Counted from the stretch's first letter, positions 38,902 to 51,968 are shown. The stretch: DNA of 64,000 nt from Eledone cirrhosa (GCA_964016885.1 OZ024753.1:23870001-23934000); one strand, 5' to 3'. Numbers and translations are program-made. Notes: generated by a model from the sequence alone, not told the origin.

Positions 38902-41900
38902 TCCTTGAATCTCAGTCATTGATGTTGGTTAACTGGAAAGTCCGTTGGATTGAATATCAAGCCACTACCTGCAGCCTCAGATATTCAGGACGTATCGGAG
39001 GGTTCTTGCTGTTCCAAGCAAGCATGCCTTTTGAAGCGTTCCAAAAAGCGTGAAGGGGCCGATTTTCTTTAACCATCCCTGGAAACTTTTGGAGATAGTC
39101 CCCAGTGCGCCTATGACAATCGGGATCACTTTGACTTCACGGCAGTTCCAAATCCTTTTCACCTCCCACTTTAGGTCCTGGTATCGGTTAATTTTCTCCC
39201 TCTCCTTCTCTTGCACTCTCGTGTCGAACGGGCAGGCCACATCCACAATCAGACACGATCTTTTTTCTTTGTCCACAACCACCAGGTCAGGTCTATTGTG
39301 TTCCAGTTTTTTGTCCGTCTGTATCCTAAAATCCCACAGCACCTTCACCTGATTGTTCTCCATCACCGCCTCTGGCCTATGCTCATACCATTTCTCAGAA
39401 TGTGGTAAATTGTTTACTTTGCACAGGTGCCATTGGATCACCCTGCCCATCACATCGTGTCTCCAGCCCTTATAGTGGGTCTGGGATAGGTTTTTACACT
39501 CGGACACAATGTGAGCCACAGTCTCCTCTCTCTCTCCACAGATCCTGCACAGTGGGCTAGCCTCCTCCTTGTAAATATGGTGCTTCAACCACTTCGTTTT
39601 GAGGGCCTGCTCCTGCGCAGCCATTAGCATTCCTTCTGTAGCCTTTTTGAGGTCTCCTCTTCTCAACCAGTTCCATGTCTGTGGATCTCTAAATTCAGTT
39701 TTCTCAAAGAAGGTACTATGAAGGGATTTTCCCTTAAGGCTGCTCTTCCTCCTTGATGTTATTTCCTCCTTGGACATCCCCTGGCCTACTGTCCCCTCCT
39801 TCAGTACAGTTCTGAGCATTGGCTCCTTACTATAGGTCACGTATTTGTATAGGTTGTTTTTCTCCATCTGAACACAGTCCTCTATGCTGATAAGACCACT
39901 TCCACCCTCAGATCTCCTTAGGTAGAGTCTATCGACATCACTCCTCTTGTGAAACATGTTGTAGATAGTCAATAGCTTCCTAGTCTTCCTATCCATTTCT
40001 TTTTGTTCAGCAACATTCCATCTCAGAATTCCCGCACTGTACCTAATAATAGACACAGCTCGGGAATTTACTGCGCTTATGGCATTTCTGCTGTTCAGAT
40101 GTGACTTCAATACGCTCCTTACTCTCCGAATGTATTCAGTTCTTAACAATTCCTTCATTTTTTTGTTCTTTATGCCATCAGCTTCCAGAACGCCCAAATA
40201 CTTGTATTCTTCCTCAGAGTCAATTTCCTTTATCATCTCACCTGTTGGTATCTGGATCCCGTTACTTCTGCTCAACCTACCCCTCCTCATCACAATGACT
40301 CCACATTTACTAATACCAAACTGCATACATATATCACTGCTGAAAATACGGACAGTGTCAACAAGCACATCCAACTCCTTCTCACTTTTCCCGAAGAGCT
40401 TAAGATCGTCCATGAAGAGGAGGTGATTGATGGTAAGCTCTCCCTTTCCCAACTTGTATCCTGCTCTCACTTTTCGCAGCATAATGGTCAAGGGCATCAG
40501 GGCAAGGACAAACAACAGAGGGGACAGGCTATCTCCCTGGAAGATACCTCTCTTGATCTTCACGCTTCCCAAGGATACTCCAGTTGATGTCAACTCTGTC
40601 TCCCAGGACCCCATACTCCTGCCCAGCAACTGTCTGATGTTATCTGCCACCCCGAAGATCTCCAGGCTTTTGGTGATCCAAGAATGAGGCACCATGTCAA
40701 ATGCCTTTCTGTAGTCTATCCATCCCATGGCAAGATCAGTGTGTCTCCTCCTGCAATTCCCCATTACCATCTTATCAATAAGTAACTGGTCCTTTGTACC
40801 ACGTGACTTCTTTCGGCATCCTTTCTGTTCGTCCGGTAACAAGTTGTTTGTGTGGAGGTGATGGTAGATTTCCTCAGACACAATGCTCGTCAACAGTTTC
40901 CACATTACGGACAGACATGTGATAGGTCTATAGTTGGTAACATTTACCCATATAGTTTAACATTACCCTTGATTCGGTCTTTCATTATCAGAACTGTGGT
41001 ACCTTTTGTCAACCACTCTGGCACCTCACCCGACACCAAGCAGTCATTGAACATGGCCGTCAGCTTCGAGTGGAGGGATGTTCAATTTTTAATCCAATAC
41101 CCCTGCACACCATCTGGGCCTGGTGATTTCCAGTTGGTTAGTTTTTTGGCCTGCCCCTTAAGAGTTTCAACTGTGATACTCAAATCAGTTTGTTGCTGTG
41201 CCTGCTCACCGATCTCCCTCTGTACTGTCTCAATCCACCCTGCCTGGACATTATGTCTAACATCCTGCTCCCATATTCCTCTCCAGAACGTTTTAGTTTG
41301 CTCCGCCCCAGGGATCAAGTCGTTGCCTCTTTCTTTCCCCTCAAGCTGTCCAAACAGCATCTTCTGGTTGTTGTCGAACATGCGGTTCTGTTTATACTGA
41401 CTGACTCTGTTCTCGTATCGCCTGATTTTTGCACTCTTTGCTACAATGCGTTGCTTCAGTTCCTCTATGATAATATTTAGCTTTTTCCTCCTAGTTTTGT
41501 ACTTTATTTCCAGTCTATTTTTAGTGCCTATGTTTTTTAGTGTCCAATTCAGTAGTGACTCAAGCTTTCCTATGTCATTTCTCATTTCCCCGATTTGACC
41601 ACTCAGTCGTTTCTTCCACCACGGCTCTGCTCTTTCTTGTCTGTTGTGTCCTCTCGCTTTTATACCAAGTAGTTTCCTCACCGTATTTGCTGTTGCTTTG
41701 AGGATATTGTTGCACTGGTGAAGGCTCCTCGCCTCAAGGTATGGGATGACTTTGTTTACCTTAGCTGTTGTTTCTTTTAACTTTTTCCTGTCTACAAATC
41801 TTAGGTTCATAGGTCTCCCACTATCATTGTTCAATTCATCTACCACTAAATTTAGGATGTCAACCGAATCTTGTCCTAGCCCGTCAGCATTCATCTCCTC

Positions 41901-42122
41901 AGTGGCCGTATCTATGTTCCAGGTATTATTTATCTCAGTATTCAGATCATTGTCTGCTTCGGGTGGTTCCTCCGTTCTCAGGACCTCTTCACCTTCATTT
42001 CCCACTGGCTCGCTTGTCTGGCATACTACACCCGCCATCTCCAAGCCATTCTCTCTGCTCAGTTCCTCCAGTTCCAGCTCGCTTATCCACCCATTAGTTC
42101 TCATTACCCGAGCCTGCCCGGC
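38902..42122 (-). mobile_element. R4/Dong-like family B, 5'-truncated, frameshifted
   Basis: ORFs 38977-40905 and 41082-42104 near-identical to the intact copy; (TTA)n flanks. Confidence 0.93.
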
Positions 42123-42160
42123 ATTATTATTATTATTATTATTATTATTGTTATTGTTAT

Positions 42161-45100
42161 TCCTTGAATCTCAGTCATTGATGTTGGTTAACTGGAAAGT
42201 CCGTTGGATTGAATATCAAGCCACTACCTGCAGCCTCAGATATTCAGGACGTATCGGAGGGTTCTTGCCGTTCCAAGCAAGCATGCCTTTTGAAGCGTTC
42301 CAAAAAGCGTGAAGGGGCCGATTTTCTTTAACCATCCCTGGAAACCTTTGGAGATAGTCCCCAGTGCGCCTATGACAATCGGGATCACTTTGACTTCATG
42401 GCAGTTCCAAATCCTTTTGACCTCCCACTTTAGGTCCTGGTATCGGTTAATTTTCTCCCTCTCCTTCTCTTGCACTCTCGTGTCGAACGGGCAGGCCACA
42501 TCCACAATCAGGAACGATCTTTTTTCTTTGTCCACAACCACCAGGTCAGGTCTATTGTGTTCCAGTTTTTTGTCCGTCTGTATCCTAAAATCCCACAGCA
42601 CCTTCACCTGACTGTTCTCCATCACCGCCTCTGGCCTATGCTCATACCATTTCTCAGAATGTGGTAGATTGTTTACTTTGCACAGGTGCCAGTGGATCAC
42701 CCTGCCCATCACATCGTGTCTCCAGCCCTTATAGTGGGTCTGGGCTAGGTGTTTACACTCGGACACAATGTGAGCCACAGTCTCCTCTCTCTCTCCACAG
42801 ATCCTGCACAGTGGGCTAGCCTCCTCCTTGTAGATATGGTGCTTCAACCACTTCGTTTTGAGGGCCTGCTCCTGCGCAGCCATTAGCATTCCTTCTGTAG
42901 CCTTTTTGAGGTCTCCTCTTCTCAACCAGTTCCATGTCTGTGGATCTCTAAATTCAGTTTTCTCAAAGAAGGTACTATGAAGGGATTTTCCCTTAAGGCT
43001 GCTCTTCCTCCTTGATGTTATTTCCTCCTTGGATATCCCCTGGCCTACTGTCCCCTCCTTCAGTACAGCTCTGAGCATTGGCTCCTTACTATAGGTCACG
43101 TATTTGTATAGGTTGTTTTTCTCCATCTGAACACAGTCCTCTATGCTGATAAGACCTCTTCCACCCTCAGATCTCCTTAGGTAGAGTCTATCGACATCAC
43201 TCCTCTTGTGGAACATGTTGTAGATAGTCAATAGCTTCCTAGTCTTCCTATCCATTTCTTTTTGTTCAGCAACATTCCATCTCAGAATTCCCGCACTGTA
43301 CCTAATAATAGACACAGCTCGGGAATTTACTGCGCTTATGGCATTTCTGCTGTTCAGATGTGACTTCAATACGCTCCTTACTCTCCGAATGTATTCAGTT
43401 CTTAACAATTCCTTCATTTTTTTGTTCTTTATGCCATCAGCCTCCAGAACGCCCAAATACTTGTATCCTTCCTCAGAGTCAATTTCCTTTATCATCTCAC
43501 CTGTTGGTATCTGGATCCCGTTACTTCTGCTCAACCTACCCCTCCTCATCACAATGACTCCACATTTACCAATACCAAACTGCATACATATATCACTGCT
43601 GAAAATACGGACAGTGTCAACAAGCACATCCAACTCCTTCTCACTTTTCCCGAAGAGCTTAAGATCGTCCATGAAGAGGAGGTGATTGATGGTAAGCTCT
43701 CCCCTTCCCAACTTGTATCCTGCTCTCACTTTTCGCAGCATAATGGTCAAGGGCATCAGGGCAAGGACAAACAACAGAGGGGACAGGCTATCTCCCTGGA
43801 AGATACCTCTCTTGATCTTCACGCTTCCCAAGGATACTCCAGTTGATGTCAACTCTGTCTCCCAGGACCCCATACTCCTGCCCAGCAACTGTCTGATGTT
43901 ATCTGCCACCCTGAAGATCTCCAGGCTTTTGGTGATCCAGGAATGAGGCACCATGTCAAATGCCTTTCTGTAGTCTATCCATCCCATGGCAAGATCAGTG
44001 TGTCTCCTCCTGCAATTCCCCATTACCATCTTATCAATAAGCAACTGGTCCTTTGTACCACGTGACTTCTTTCGGCATCCTTTCTGTTCGTCCGGCAACA
44101 AGTTGTTTGTGTGGAGGTGATGGTAGATTTCCTCAGACACAATGCTCGTCAACAGTTTCCACATTACGGGCAGACATGTGATAGGTCTATAGTTGGTAAC
44201 ATCATTACCCTTGATTCGGTCTTTCATTATCAGAACTGTGGTACCTTTTGTCAACCACTCTGGCACCTCACCCGACACCAAGCAGTCATTGAACATGGCC
44301 GTCAGCTTCGGGTGGAGGGATGTTAAATGTTTAATCCAATACCCCTGCACACCATCTGGGCCTGGTGATTTCCAGTTGGTTAGTTTTTTGGCTTGCCCCT
44401 TAAGAGTTTCGACTGTGATACTCAAATCAGTCTGTTGCTGTGCCTGCTCACCGATCTCCCTCTGTACTGTCTCAATCCACCCTGCCTGGGCATTGTGTCT
44501 AACATCCTGCTCCCATATTCCTCTCCAGAATGTTTTAGCTTGTTCCGCCCCAGGGATCAAGTCGTTGCCTCTTTCTTTCCCCTCAAGCTGTCCAAACAGC
44601 ATCTTCTGGTTGTTGTCGAAAATGCGGTTCTGTTTATACTGACTGACTCTGTTCTCGTATCGCCTGATTTTGGCACTCTTTGCTACAATGCGTTGCTTCA
44701 ATTCCTCTATGATAATATTTAGCTTTTTACTCCTAGTTTTGTATTTTATTTCCAGTCTATTTTTAGTGCCTATGTTTTTTAGTGTCCCATTCAGTAGGGA
44801 CTCAAGCTTTCCTATGTCATTTCTCATTTCCCCGATTTGCCCACTCAGTCGCTTCTTCCACCACGGCTCTGCTCTTTCTTGTCTGTTGTTTCCTCTCGCT
44901 TTTATACCAAGTAGTTTCCTCACCGTATTTGCTGTTGCTTTGAGGATATTGTTGCACTGGTGAAGACTCCTCGCCTCAAGGTATGGGATGACTTTGTTTA
45001 CCTTAGCTGTTGTTTCTTTTAACTTTTTCCTGTCTACAAATCTTAGGTTCATAGGTCTCCCACTATCATTGTTCAACTCATCTACCACTAAATTTAGGAT

Positions 45101-45870
45101 GTCAACCGAATCTTGTCCTAGCCCGTCAGCATTCATCTCCTCAGTGGCCGTATCTCTGTTCCAGGTATTATTTATCTCAGTATTCAGATCATTGTCTGCT
45201 TCGGGTGGTTCCTCCGTTCTCAGGACCTCCTCACCTTCATTTCCCGCCGGCTCGCTTGTCTGGCATACTACACCCGCCATATCCAAGCCATTCTCTCTGC
45301 TCAGTTCCTCCAGTTCCAGCTCGCTTATCCACCCATTAGTTCTTATTACCCGAGCCTGCCCGGCCAATTTTTGTTCATCTAATTTAAATAAACCAATCTC
45401 GTTCCAGATGTTATGCATCCGTCTCCTGTAGCCCCCCTCCTTGGGGTTACTTTTCAGGTAGCATTGCATAACAGTTCTATTCAATTCTTTCGTCCAGTTG
45501 GTTCTGGCCCCTTTCCTTCTTCTTCTTCCTCCAACATCAACAGTATTTGGTTGACAGTCAGGTTCCTGCTGCTGAGCCAGGGGGCACCTGTTGGGTGAGA
45601 GTCTGTCACATGACGTTCTAGTCTCCATTTCACCGTTATTCGAACTGTTTATGTTCGATATTTAAACACTCTTATCGAGGATTGGCGAATGTATGTTTAC
45701 ATAGCCATCTGTGGATCCGCCATCCCACTTGGCCCTTGTGTGGCATTATCACCACGCTGTATACGGACACACATAAACAAACAAACACACGGGCAGAAAG
45801 GGCCCCAAAAATGAATAAGCATAAGTTTCATTGTAATGTAGTATTCGAATGTCTGACTTAGTTTTTGTTT
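42161..45870 (-). mobile_element. R4/Dong-like family B, full length
   Basis: ~240-bp 5' UTR, intact ORF, ~75-bp 3' UTR, (TTA)n flanks. Confidence 0.95.
42236..45628 (-). CDS. Intact RT + CCHC + restriction-like endonuclease polyprotein (1130 aa)
   Basis: [69 protein letters not shown]. Confidence 0.95.
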   Translation of the reverse strand: METRTSCDRLSPNRCPLAQQQEPDCQPNTVDVGGRRRRKGARTNWTKELNRTVMQCYLKSNPKEGGYRRRMHNIWNEIGLFKLDEQKLAGQARVIRTNGWISELELEELSRENGLDMAGVVCQTSEPAGNEGEEVLRTEEPPEADNDLNTEINNTWNRDTATEEMNADGLGQDSVDILNLVVDELNNDSGRPMNLRFVDRKKLKETTAKVNKVIPYLEARSLHQCNNILKATANTVRKLLGIKARGNNRQERAEPWWKKRLSGQIGEMRNDIGKLESLLNGTLKNIGTKNRLEIKYKTRSKKLNIIIEELKQRIVAKSAKIRRYENRVSQYKQNRIFDNNQKMLFGQLEGKERGNDLIPGAEQAKTFWRGIWEQDVRHNAQAGWIETVQREIGEQAQQQTDLSITVETLKGQAKKLTNWKSPGPDGVQGYWIKHLTSLHPKLTAMFNDCLVSGEVPEWLTKGTTVLIMKDRIKGNDVTNYRPITCLPVMWKLLTSIVSEEIYHHLHTNNLLPDEQKGCRKKSRGTKDQLLIDKMVMGNCRRRHTDLAMGWIDYRKAFDMVPHSWITKSLEIFRVADNIRQLLGRSMGSWETELTSTGVSLGSVKIKRGIFQGDSLSPLLFVLALMPLTIMLRKVRAGYKLGRGELTINHLLFMDDLKLFGKSEKELDVLVDTVRIFSSDICMQFGIGKCGVIVMRRGRLSRSNGIQIPTGEMIKEIDSEEGYKYLGVLEADGIKNKKMKELLRTEYIRRVRSVLKSHLNSRNAISAVNSRAVSIIRYSAGILRWNVAEQKEMDRKTRKLLTIYNMFHKRSDVDRLYLRRSEGGRGLISIEDCVQMEKNNLYKYVTYSKEPMLRAVLKEGTVGQGISKEEITSRRKSSLKGKSLHSTFFEKTEFRDPQTWNWLRRGDLKKATEGMLMAAQEQALKTKWLKHHIYKEEASPLCRICGEREETVAHIVSECKHLAQTHYKGWRHDVMGRVIHWHLCKVNNLPHSEKWYEHRPEAVMENSQVKVLWDFRIQTDKKLEHNRPDLVVVDKEKRSFLIVDVACPFDTRVQEKEREKINRYQDLKWEVKRIWNCHEVKVIPIVIGALGTISKGFQGWLKKIGPFTLFGTLQKACLLGTARTLRYVLNI

Positions 45871-46106
45871 ATTATTATTATTATTATTATTGAATGCCAT
45901 GGTTGACGGAGGCTCGGCTCTGTAAGGTATAGTAATTTTTAACCGTTAAAACAATTGTAAATTGCTTAAAACTTGAACCAAATTGTTGATAAAGACACCC
46001 TCCTCCTCGTGAGAGGGGTCTTTCTGTCCGTTATTTGGCCCTTCGGGGTTAAATAACCAGTTATTGGGGTTTTGTACCCAAAATTTCATTTTAAACAAAA
46101 AACAAC

Positions 46107-48199
46107 ATGGCTACGAAAAAGAAATTTCATACGTCACTCCCACTCATTCCGTCTTCTTCTTCCTCAATCATCACTACAGCAGAGAGAAGATTGTCTCTCT
46201 CCCTCCCTTCTTTAAATGTGTCTCTCTCCCTCCCTTCTCTTTCGCAAGTGACGAAAGAAAAGAAAAGTCTCGTGCAAAGCGTGCAAGGTTTCTCCACGAC
46301 GACGACAGCGACGAAACAGGTGTGCGGGAAATACGAAAACCCAGTTCATTCGTCTGACGTCAGGAATAATAGCAGTAGCAGCCGTAATAACAACAGCAAC
46401 AGTGACAATGAAAACAACAGTAGCAGCCGCAACAGCATCACCAGCAGCATAAACAACAACAGCATTAGCAGCAGCAACACCAACAACAACCACAGCAACA
46501 GCGGCGGAGGCAGTAGTCGTAGTACCTGCAGCAACAACAAAAGTACCAGCAGCTCTGACGACAACAACAACAGCAGAGAAAAACCAATCTCATTTGCAGG
46601 TATTGCGAAAAATTTGGAAACAATCCTCATAACAAATGAGGAATTAGAGGAAGCGAAGAAGATGGTGACAAAGAACGGACACCGAGCAATCTGCAAGGCA
46701 GCGAAAATTTTTTCGAAACCCAAGAGCACTGTACGGTCACGTACCGTACAGTAAGTACAAAATCCCGTAGGGTGGAAAGAGCCACAGAGGCCCAAATACA
46801 AAAAGCCTTGGGGTCTGTGTGGCAGCGGAAAACGCACATCACCCGAGGCAAAAAATATGCCACCGTAGACGTACTCTTTGCCACACCCCAGGAGGCAAAG
46901 GCCCAATCAGTAGTGACCCTAAGGAGCGAGGAAATGGTGTTGGTGCCCTCCTACTGCGGGCAAAAAATTGTGAGGGTCAAACTGACCCACGTCCCCCCCG
47001 GAATGACCCCTTCTTGGCTGGCCGCGTCTGTCCTCGTCGGAATCGAGGACAAAACAACTGTACTGCAAGTACAGAAAAAAGTAAGAGAAGATTGGGTCGG
47101 CTCCTCCATTGAGATGCTAATCCAAACCAACCAGGAGTGCATCGAAGCTATCCCGGATGTGATAGACTTCGATAACGGCACTCAACTGCCCATAAGTGTT
47201 GAGGGCAAACGCCCGAAATGCTTTCGCTGTGGATCGAAGACTCACCTCAGGGCCTTCTGCAACGAGAAGACCCTGAGAAAGGAGAAAACCCCCCTCCTTC
47301 CGAATCCGGCTCCACGGCTACCAGCAACAGGACAAGCGGCAACCAGGAACGATAGGCCCGTGGCACCCATACCCACTCCACGGAAATCAAAAACAGCAGC
47401 AGCAGTGGAAATACTAACAACAACAACAGCAATACCAAATGCAGCTGCAACAGAGACTCCAGTGCAAACATCACCAACAACAACAAGTGAAAGAGTGGAG
47501 TTGGTACCCCTCCCCGACCTCACAGAATCAGACATGGAGTGTGAGGTGGGAGAGAGATGGCAAAAGGTCGTAAGAAGGCACAAACGCAGAAGCAGCGCAT
47601 CGTCGCCTTTGAAAAGTGAGGAAAGAAATGAGAAAAGGGTAAAGTCTACTGCAAAGAGACCCACAGCAGCAACAACACCAACACCATCACCACCCACACT
47701 AGCGCCACCATCACCACCGGCGACAACCCCACCGCCAACAACACCTTCAACACCACCACCACAAGCACCAACATCGCAAACACAACAACAAAACACACAC
47801 ACCCAGCAACAACGACAAGAAAATAGCAGAACCACACCCCACCCCCAGAAAAACAAATGCACGGCAATAAATACACACAACAAGAAACTAATGACTTACA
47901 TAATTGAACACACAGACATTTCACAACAGGACTACATAATACCAGCACCAATCAAAACGCCAACTAACATAAGACTGCTAAAAATAGCACAGAAACAATA
48001 CACAAATATTAAAACGAAATTCCCCAACGCAGTTGGTGATTTCAGGGACCTAGGAGGAACCATCAATCGAAGAGTATACTCAGACATTCTCTTAGAAGAG
48101 CCGACGACCAGCCGAAGGGACGATTCAACGGTCCCTTCACCAGACGATCAAGTGAAAAGGGATGTAAAAACCATCCCTCCTCTACCAAAAGTACGGTAA
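46107..48199 (+). pseudogene. Tx1 ORF1 (Asn/Ser-rich N-terminus, zinc knuckle, Pro/Thr-rich), one frameshift
   Basis: CFRCGSKTHLRAFC knuckle; ORFs 46107-46754 and 46772-48199. Confidence 0.85.
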
Positions 48200-48234
48200 G
48201 TGGTCTTTCCCATCTTTTCCACTCTATTTTAAAC

Positions 48235-51200
48235 ATGACCTCACTCAGAATAGGCAGCATAAATGCGCGTGGCTTGGGGTCGTCATGGAAGCAGGGTCAC
48301 CTGCTCAACGACCTCAGGTCACTAAACATAGATGTAGTGGCCATCAGCGAGACCAGAATCTCCGAAGCACGGGCCTTCGCACCGATCTTCGGCGGCTACG
48401 ATGTGTACGCATCTCCCAGCCGTCCTGGATCGGGTGGAGGAGTTGCTGTGCTTTTTCGGAGAGGTTTGGATCTCGCCATACGGGCCATCTTCCTGGACCC
48501 AGAGGGTAAGCTGGTGGCGCTGGACGTGACCAGCGGAGACGGGCAAGCTTTCAGGCTAGTGGCCGTCTATGCCCCGACAGGAGCAGGGCGGCCTGATTTC
48601 TTCCGGCGTCTGGAGACCTTTCTTGGAACGTCCCGCTCTTTAGTGTTAGTGGGCGACTGGAACGGGATCTTAGATGCACGCTGGGACTGTGTGGGATTAG
48701 CGGATAGGGGTGGAGGGTGCAAGAGCCTCACCAACCTGCTCAGGCGTTTTGAACTGTCTGACAGGTACCGATTGGATTTCCCGAAGTGCCAATGTGGACT
48801 TGGACAAACCGCATAGGGTCATCAGGATCATATCTAGATAGAGTATTTTGTAGGGAAATAGATAGGTCTAGCATAGGCTGTCCACAATTCAAGATAGTCA
48901 GCTACACGGACCACAAATTCGTGACCTGTGTGCTTGACTTAGATAGGCTTCATAGACGAGGACCCGGCTACTGGAAGCTAAACGCGTCCTTACCAGCGCG
49001 CAAGGCCTACAGAGACCGGATTAGCGAACTAGTTAAGCGGGCGTTGACGGGGGCCATCGTCAACAACAAGTGGTGGTTTGCTCTGAAAAGAGCGATTAGA
49101 ATAGAATCGATTAGGTTTAGTAAGGCTTTAGCAATAGAGAAAAATAGAGCAGAGGGAGAACTAGTTAGAAAATTAGACGAGGCGCTTAGCAAAGGCATTG
49201 CGACCGACGTGCTTGCGGCGAAATTGGCCCTTGACCAATTCTTCAATGCAAAGCACGAAGGCTGCGTTGTCAGAGCTAGGGTGCGTGCTCTCAGACACGA
49301 GGGGACGAAAGCCGTTCAATGGGCCCGAGTGGCGGAGGCGCGTCGTGGCAACAAAGCCACGATCCGGTCTTTGGTGGACCACGACGGGCGCATGCTACTC
49401 GATCCCGGGCAAATGTGTGAAGCTTTTCAGCGACACTTCGCTCAGCTGTTCGGGGGCAGCGGGGGGCCGGGTAGAGGGATGGACTTTAGTGTCTACCTCG
49501 ACGGACTGCCGCGGCTCTCGGCCACTGAGGCGAAGTGTTGCGAAAAGCCGATAACAGCCGCTGAAGTACGGGAGGCAATGACTGGCTGCACAAGGGGTAA
49601 ATCGCCTGGTTTGGATGGTCTGCCCTATGAACTTTACGTACAGATGCCAGACTTGTTCGGAGGCCTCTTGGCGGACGTCTACTGCAACTGGCAACAGAAC
49701 GGGAGAATTCCCAGTTCTGTGAGCCGAGGAGCGGTGGCACTGCTGAGAAAGGATCCGAACAAGGGGGATAACATAGACAATTTCCGGCCCATAACTCTGC
49801 TAAACACAGAGTTTAAGATTTTGGCCAAGGTGCTAGCAAAGAGGTTGGCGCTTGTCGTTGGTGGTCTGGTGGGAGAGGCGCAGACATGCGCCATTCCCGA
49901 CAGATCCATCCACGACAACCTCCACCTCATGCGATACATCGTAGAGAGGGTAGCTAGGGAACCTGGCACGGGTGGGTCCTTGATCAATTTAGATCAGTCG
50001 AAAGCTTTCGATAGGGTCGACCATCGTTACCTAGCGGCAGTCCTGAGGGCGGCTGGCTTTGGGCCCGTCTTCAGAGGCTGGATCGCTGCCATGCACAGCG
50101 ACATCTGCTCTGTGGTGAGAGTGAACGGTCACCTGTCGGAACCGTTCAACATCATGCGCTCGGTCCGCCAAGGATGTCCCCTCTCGTCCCTCTTGTACGT
50201 ATTGACTCTCGAGCCATTACTGCACAAACTGGAGACGTTGAGGGGAGTCCCGCGCGAACTAGGATGCGGAAGATCCGTGTCAGCATATGCGGACGATGTC
50301 ACCGTAGTGGTGTCGAACGCCAAACACATCGATCGATCGGCACTACACTAAGAGAATACGAAGCGGTGACAGGAGCAATGATCAACCAGGAAAAGTCAGT
50401 GGGCCTGCAGCTCGGCACCTGGAGAGGCAGGTCCATGCCGTCCAACAGCGTCGTCGGGCGCTGGACGGACGGACCGGTTAAATTGCTAGGGGTCTGGTTC
50501 GGTCCGGACCTCCAGACGGACAAAAACTGGGACGAGGTGACGAGCAGGGTGGCTTCTCTCACCCAGAAATGGGCGGAGAGGAAGCTATCCCTGAAAGTTC
50601 GAGCGGAGGTGGCTAACGCGTACATCGCGTCTGTCATCTGCTACCGCCTAACCGTCGTACCTTGTCCTAAGCCTCGCCTGACTGCGCTGGAGCGTTTGCT
50701 CTTTCGCTTTTTGTGGAAGGGACGTGCTCCGATGGTCAGGCGGTCCATCTGTTGTCAACACCCGCTACGTGGAGGGCTGGGCATGCCGTGGCTGATGATG
50801 CGCAGGCACGCGCTCAGGCTACGACATCTCCACCTCTTCCTCGACGGTGATCAGGTGTGGTCGCCGTTTGCTAGACGCGTTTTTCCCCAGCTCGTTTCCT
50901 TGACGGAGCTGCAGTCCTGGGTCAAGCGAAGACCGAGAGGGAGCGCCTGGAGACTGGAATGTCTTCAGGCGCTCACAGCCCTCGACCAATCGGGCAATGT
51001 GATCGGTGGAAACTCCACCTCGGCGTTCTATAGAGGATTAGTGGAGGGGAAGAGCGACGACGTACTTGGGGAAACTCTAGGCGTCGACGAAAATCAACTA
51101 GCCAATCTCTTCGGAAGAACTTTCGGGCCGGGGCCTATGGACAACTTCCAGAAATCTCTGGCCTGGCAGTGCTACCGAGGAGCCTTGCCAGTTCGGGATA

Positions 51201-51652
51201 AACTCTACAGGCATGGAGGTGCCGTCAGCCGGGCATGTCCGAGATGCGCGCAGGGCGACGAAACCGTCCTGCACGCACTCGTCCAGTGTCCGAAAATTGC
51301 TGACTTGTGGGTTTATGTCGAACACCTGCTGTCGCGTTTAGGACGGATCCAGCTATCATCTGAGTCTATCGTGAGGATTGCCCCGCCCTCCTCCTTTAGC
51401 CGGGAAGGGCAGGCAGTTTTTATCTGTCTGGTGGCCATGGCGAAAGAGATAGTATGGTGGACACGTTTGAAAGGGCTGAAGACGAGCACTTACCTCTTCG
51501 GTGATGCTCTGATTGACTTTTTCAAATTTCATTTGAAAAGGAAAATCAGAGTAGAGAAGGAAGTGCTCTCTTCCCAGCATTTTGTTGAAAGATGGGTGAG
51601 AGAAGCAAGAATGGCCCGAGTGAATGGGCCGACTCTGAGTATATATCTGTAA
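48235..51652 (+). pseudogene. Tx1 ORF2 (APE-RT-CCHC), two frameshifts (~48785, ~50332)
   Basis: SINARGL, ISET, GDWN, TDH, YWKLN, SVRQGCPLS, YADD, CPRC..ETVLHALVQC. Confidence 0.93.
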
Positions 51653-51912
51653 ACTAAAGGTGGAAAACTGGGAGAGGGCACTTGCCTTGGTGGTCAGGGT
51701 CATTGTGGCTTTTTACTGGGCTTTCTCCACAAATGTCCCTCCGAAGTCTCCCCCCTATTGGGGAATTTTTCATTGTTATTTTCATTGTTATTTTTGTTAC
51801 ATCCTCTGTTTTTGTTTTTTTACACGCAGAAATGCCCATTTGTACCGTCCTGCATTGTCCTGCACTGTCCTTAATGTCTACTTTATGTAAACCCTTGTGG
51901 TTAATAAAGAAA

Positions 51913-51968
<56 letters not shown>

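Larger units (their letters stand above)
45896..51914 (+). mobile_element. Tx1/L1-clade LINE copy 3, full length, lightly damaged
   Basis: Structured 5' UTR, two ORFs, AATAAA at 51903-51908, (TTA)n on both sides. Confidence 0.95.

Noticed and set aside
39050-45431. Plus-strand ORFs antisense to Dong elements (and minus-strand ORFs antisense to Tx1/RTE)
   Set aside because: Shadow frames with no motifs; they recur only because the elements are copies
45630-45870. HDV-like ribozyme in the Dong family B 5' UTR
   Set aside because: Stems exist (GGCCCTT/AAGGGCC) but the nested double pseudoknot could not be built
46001-46012. CCTCCTCGTG resembling the HDV/R2 ribozyme L3 loop
   Set aside because: No matching P1, P1.1 GG or J4/2; a simple hairpin explains it
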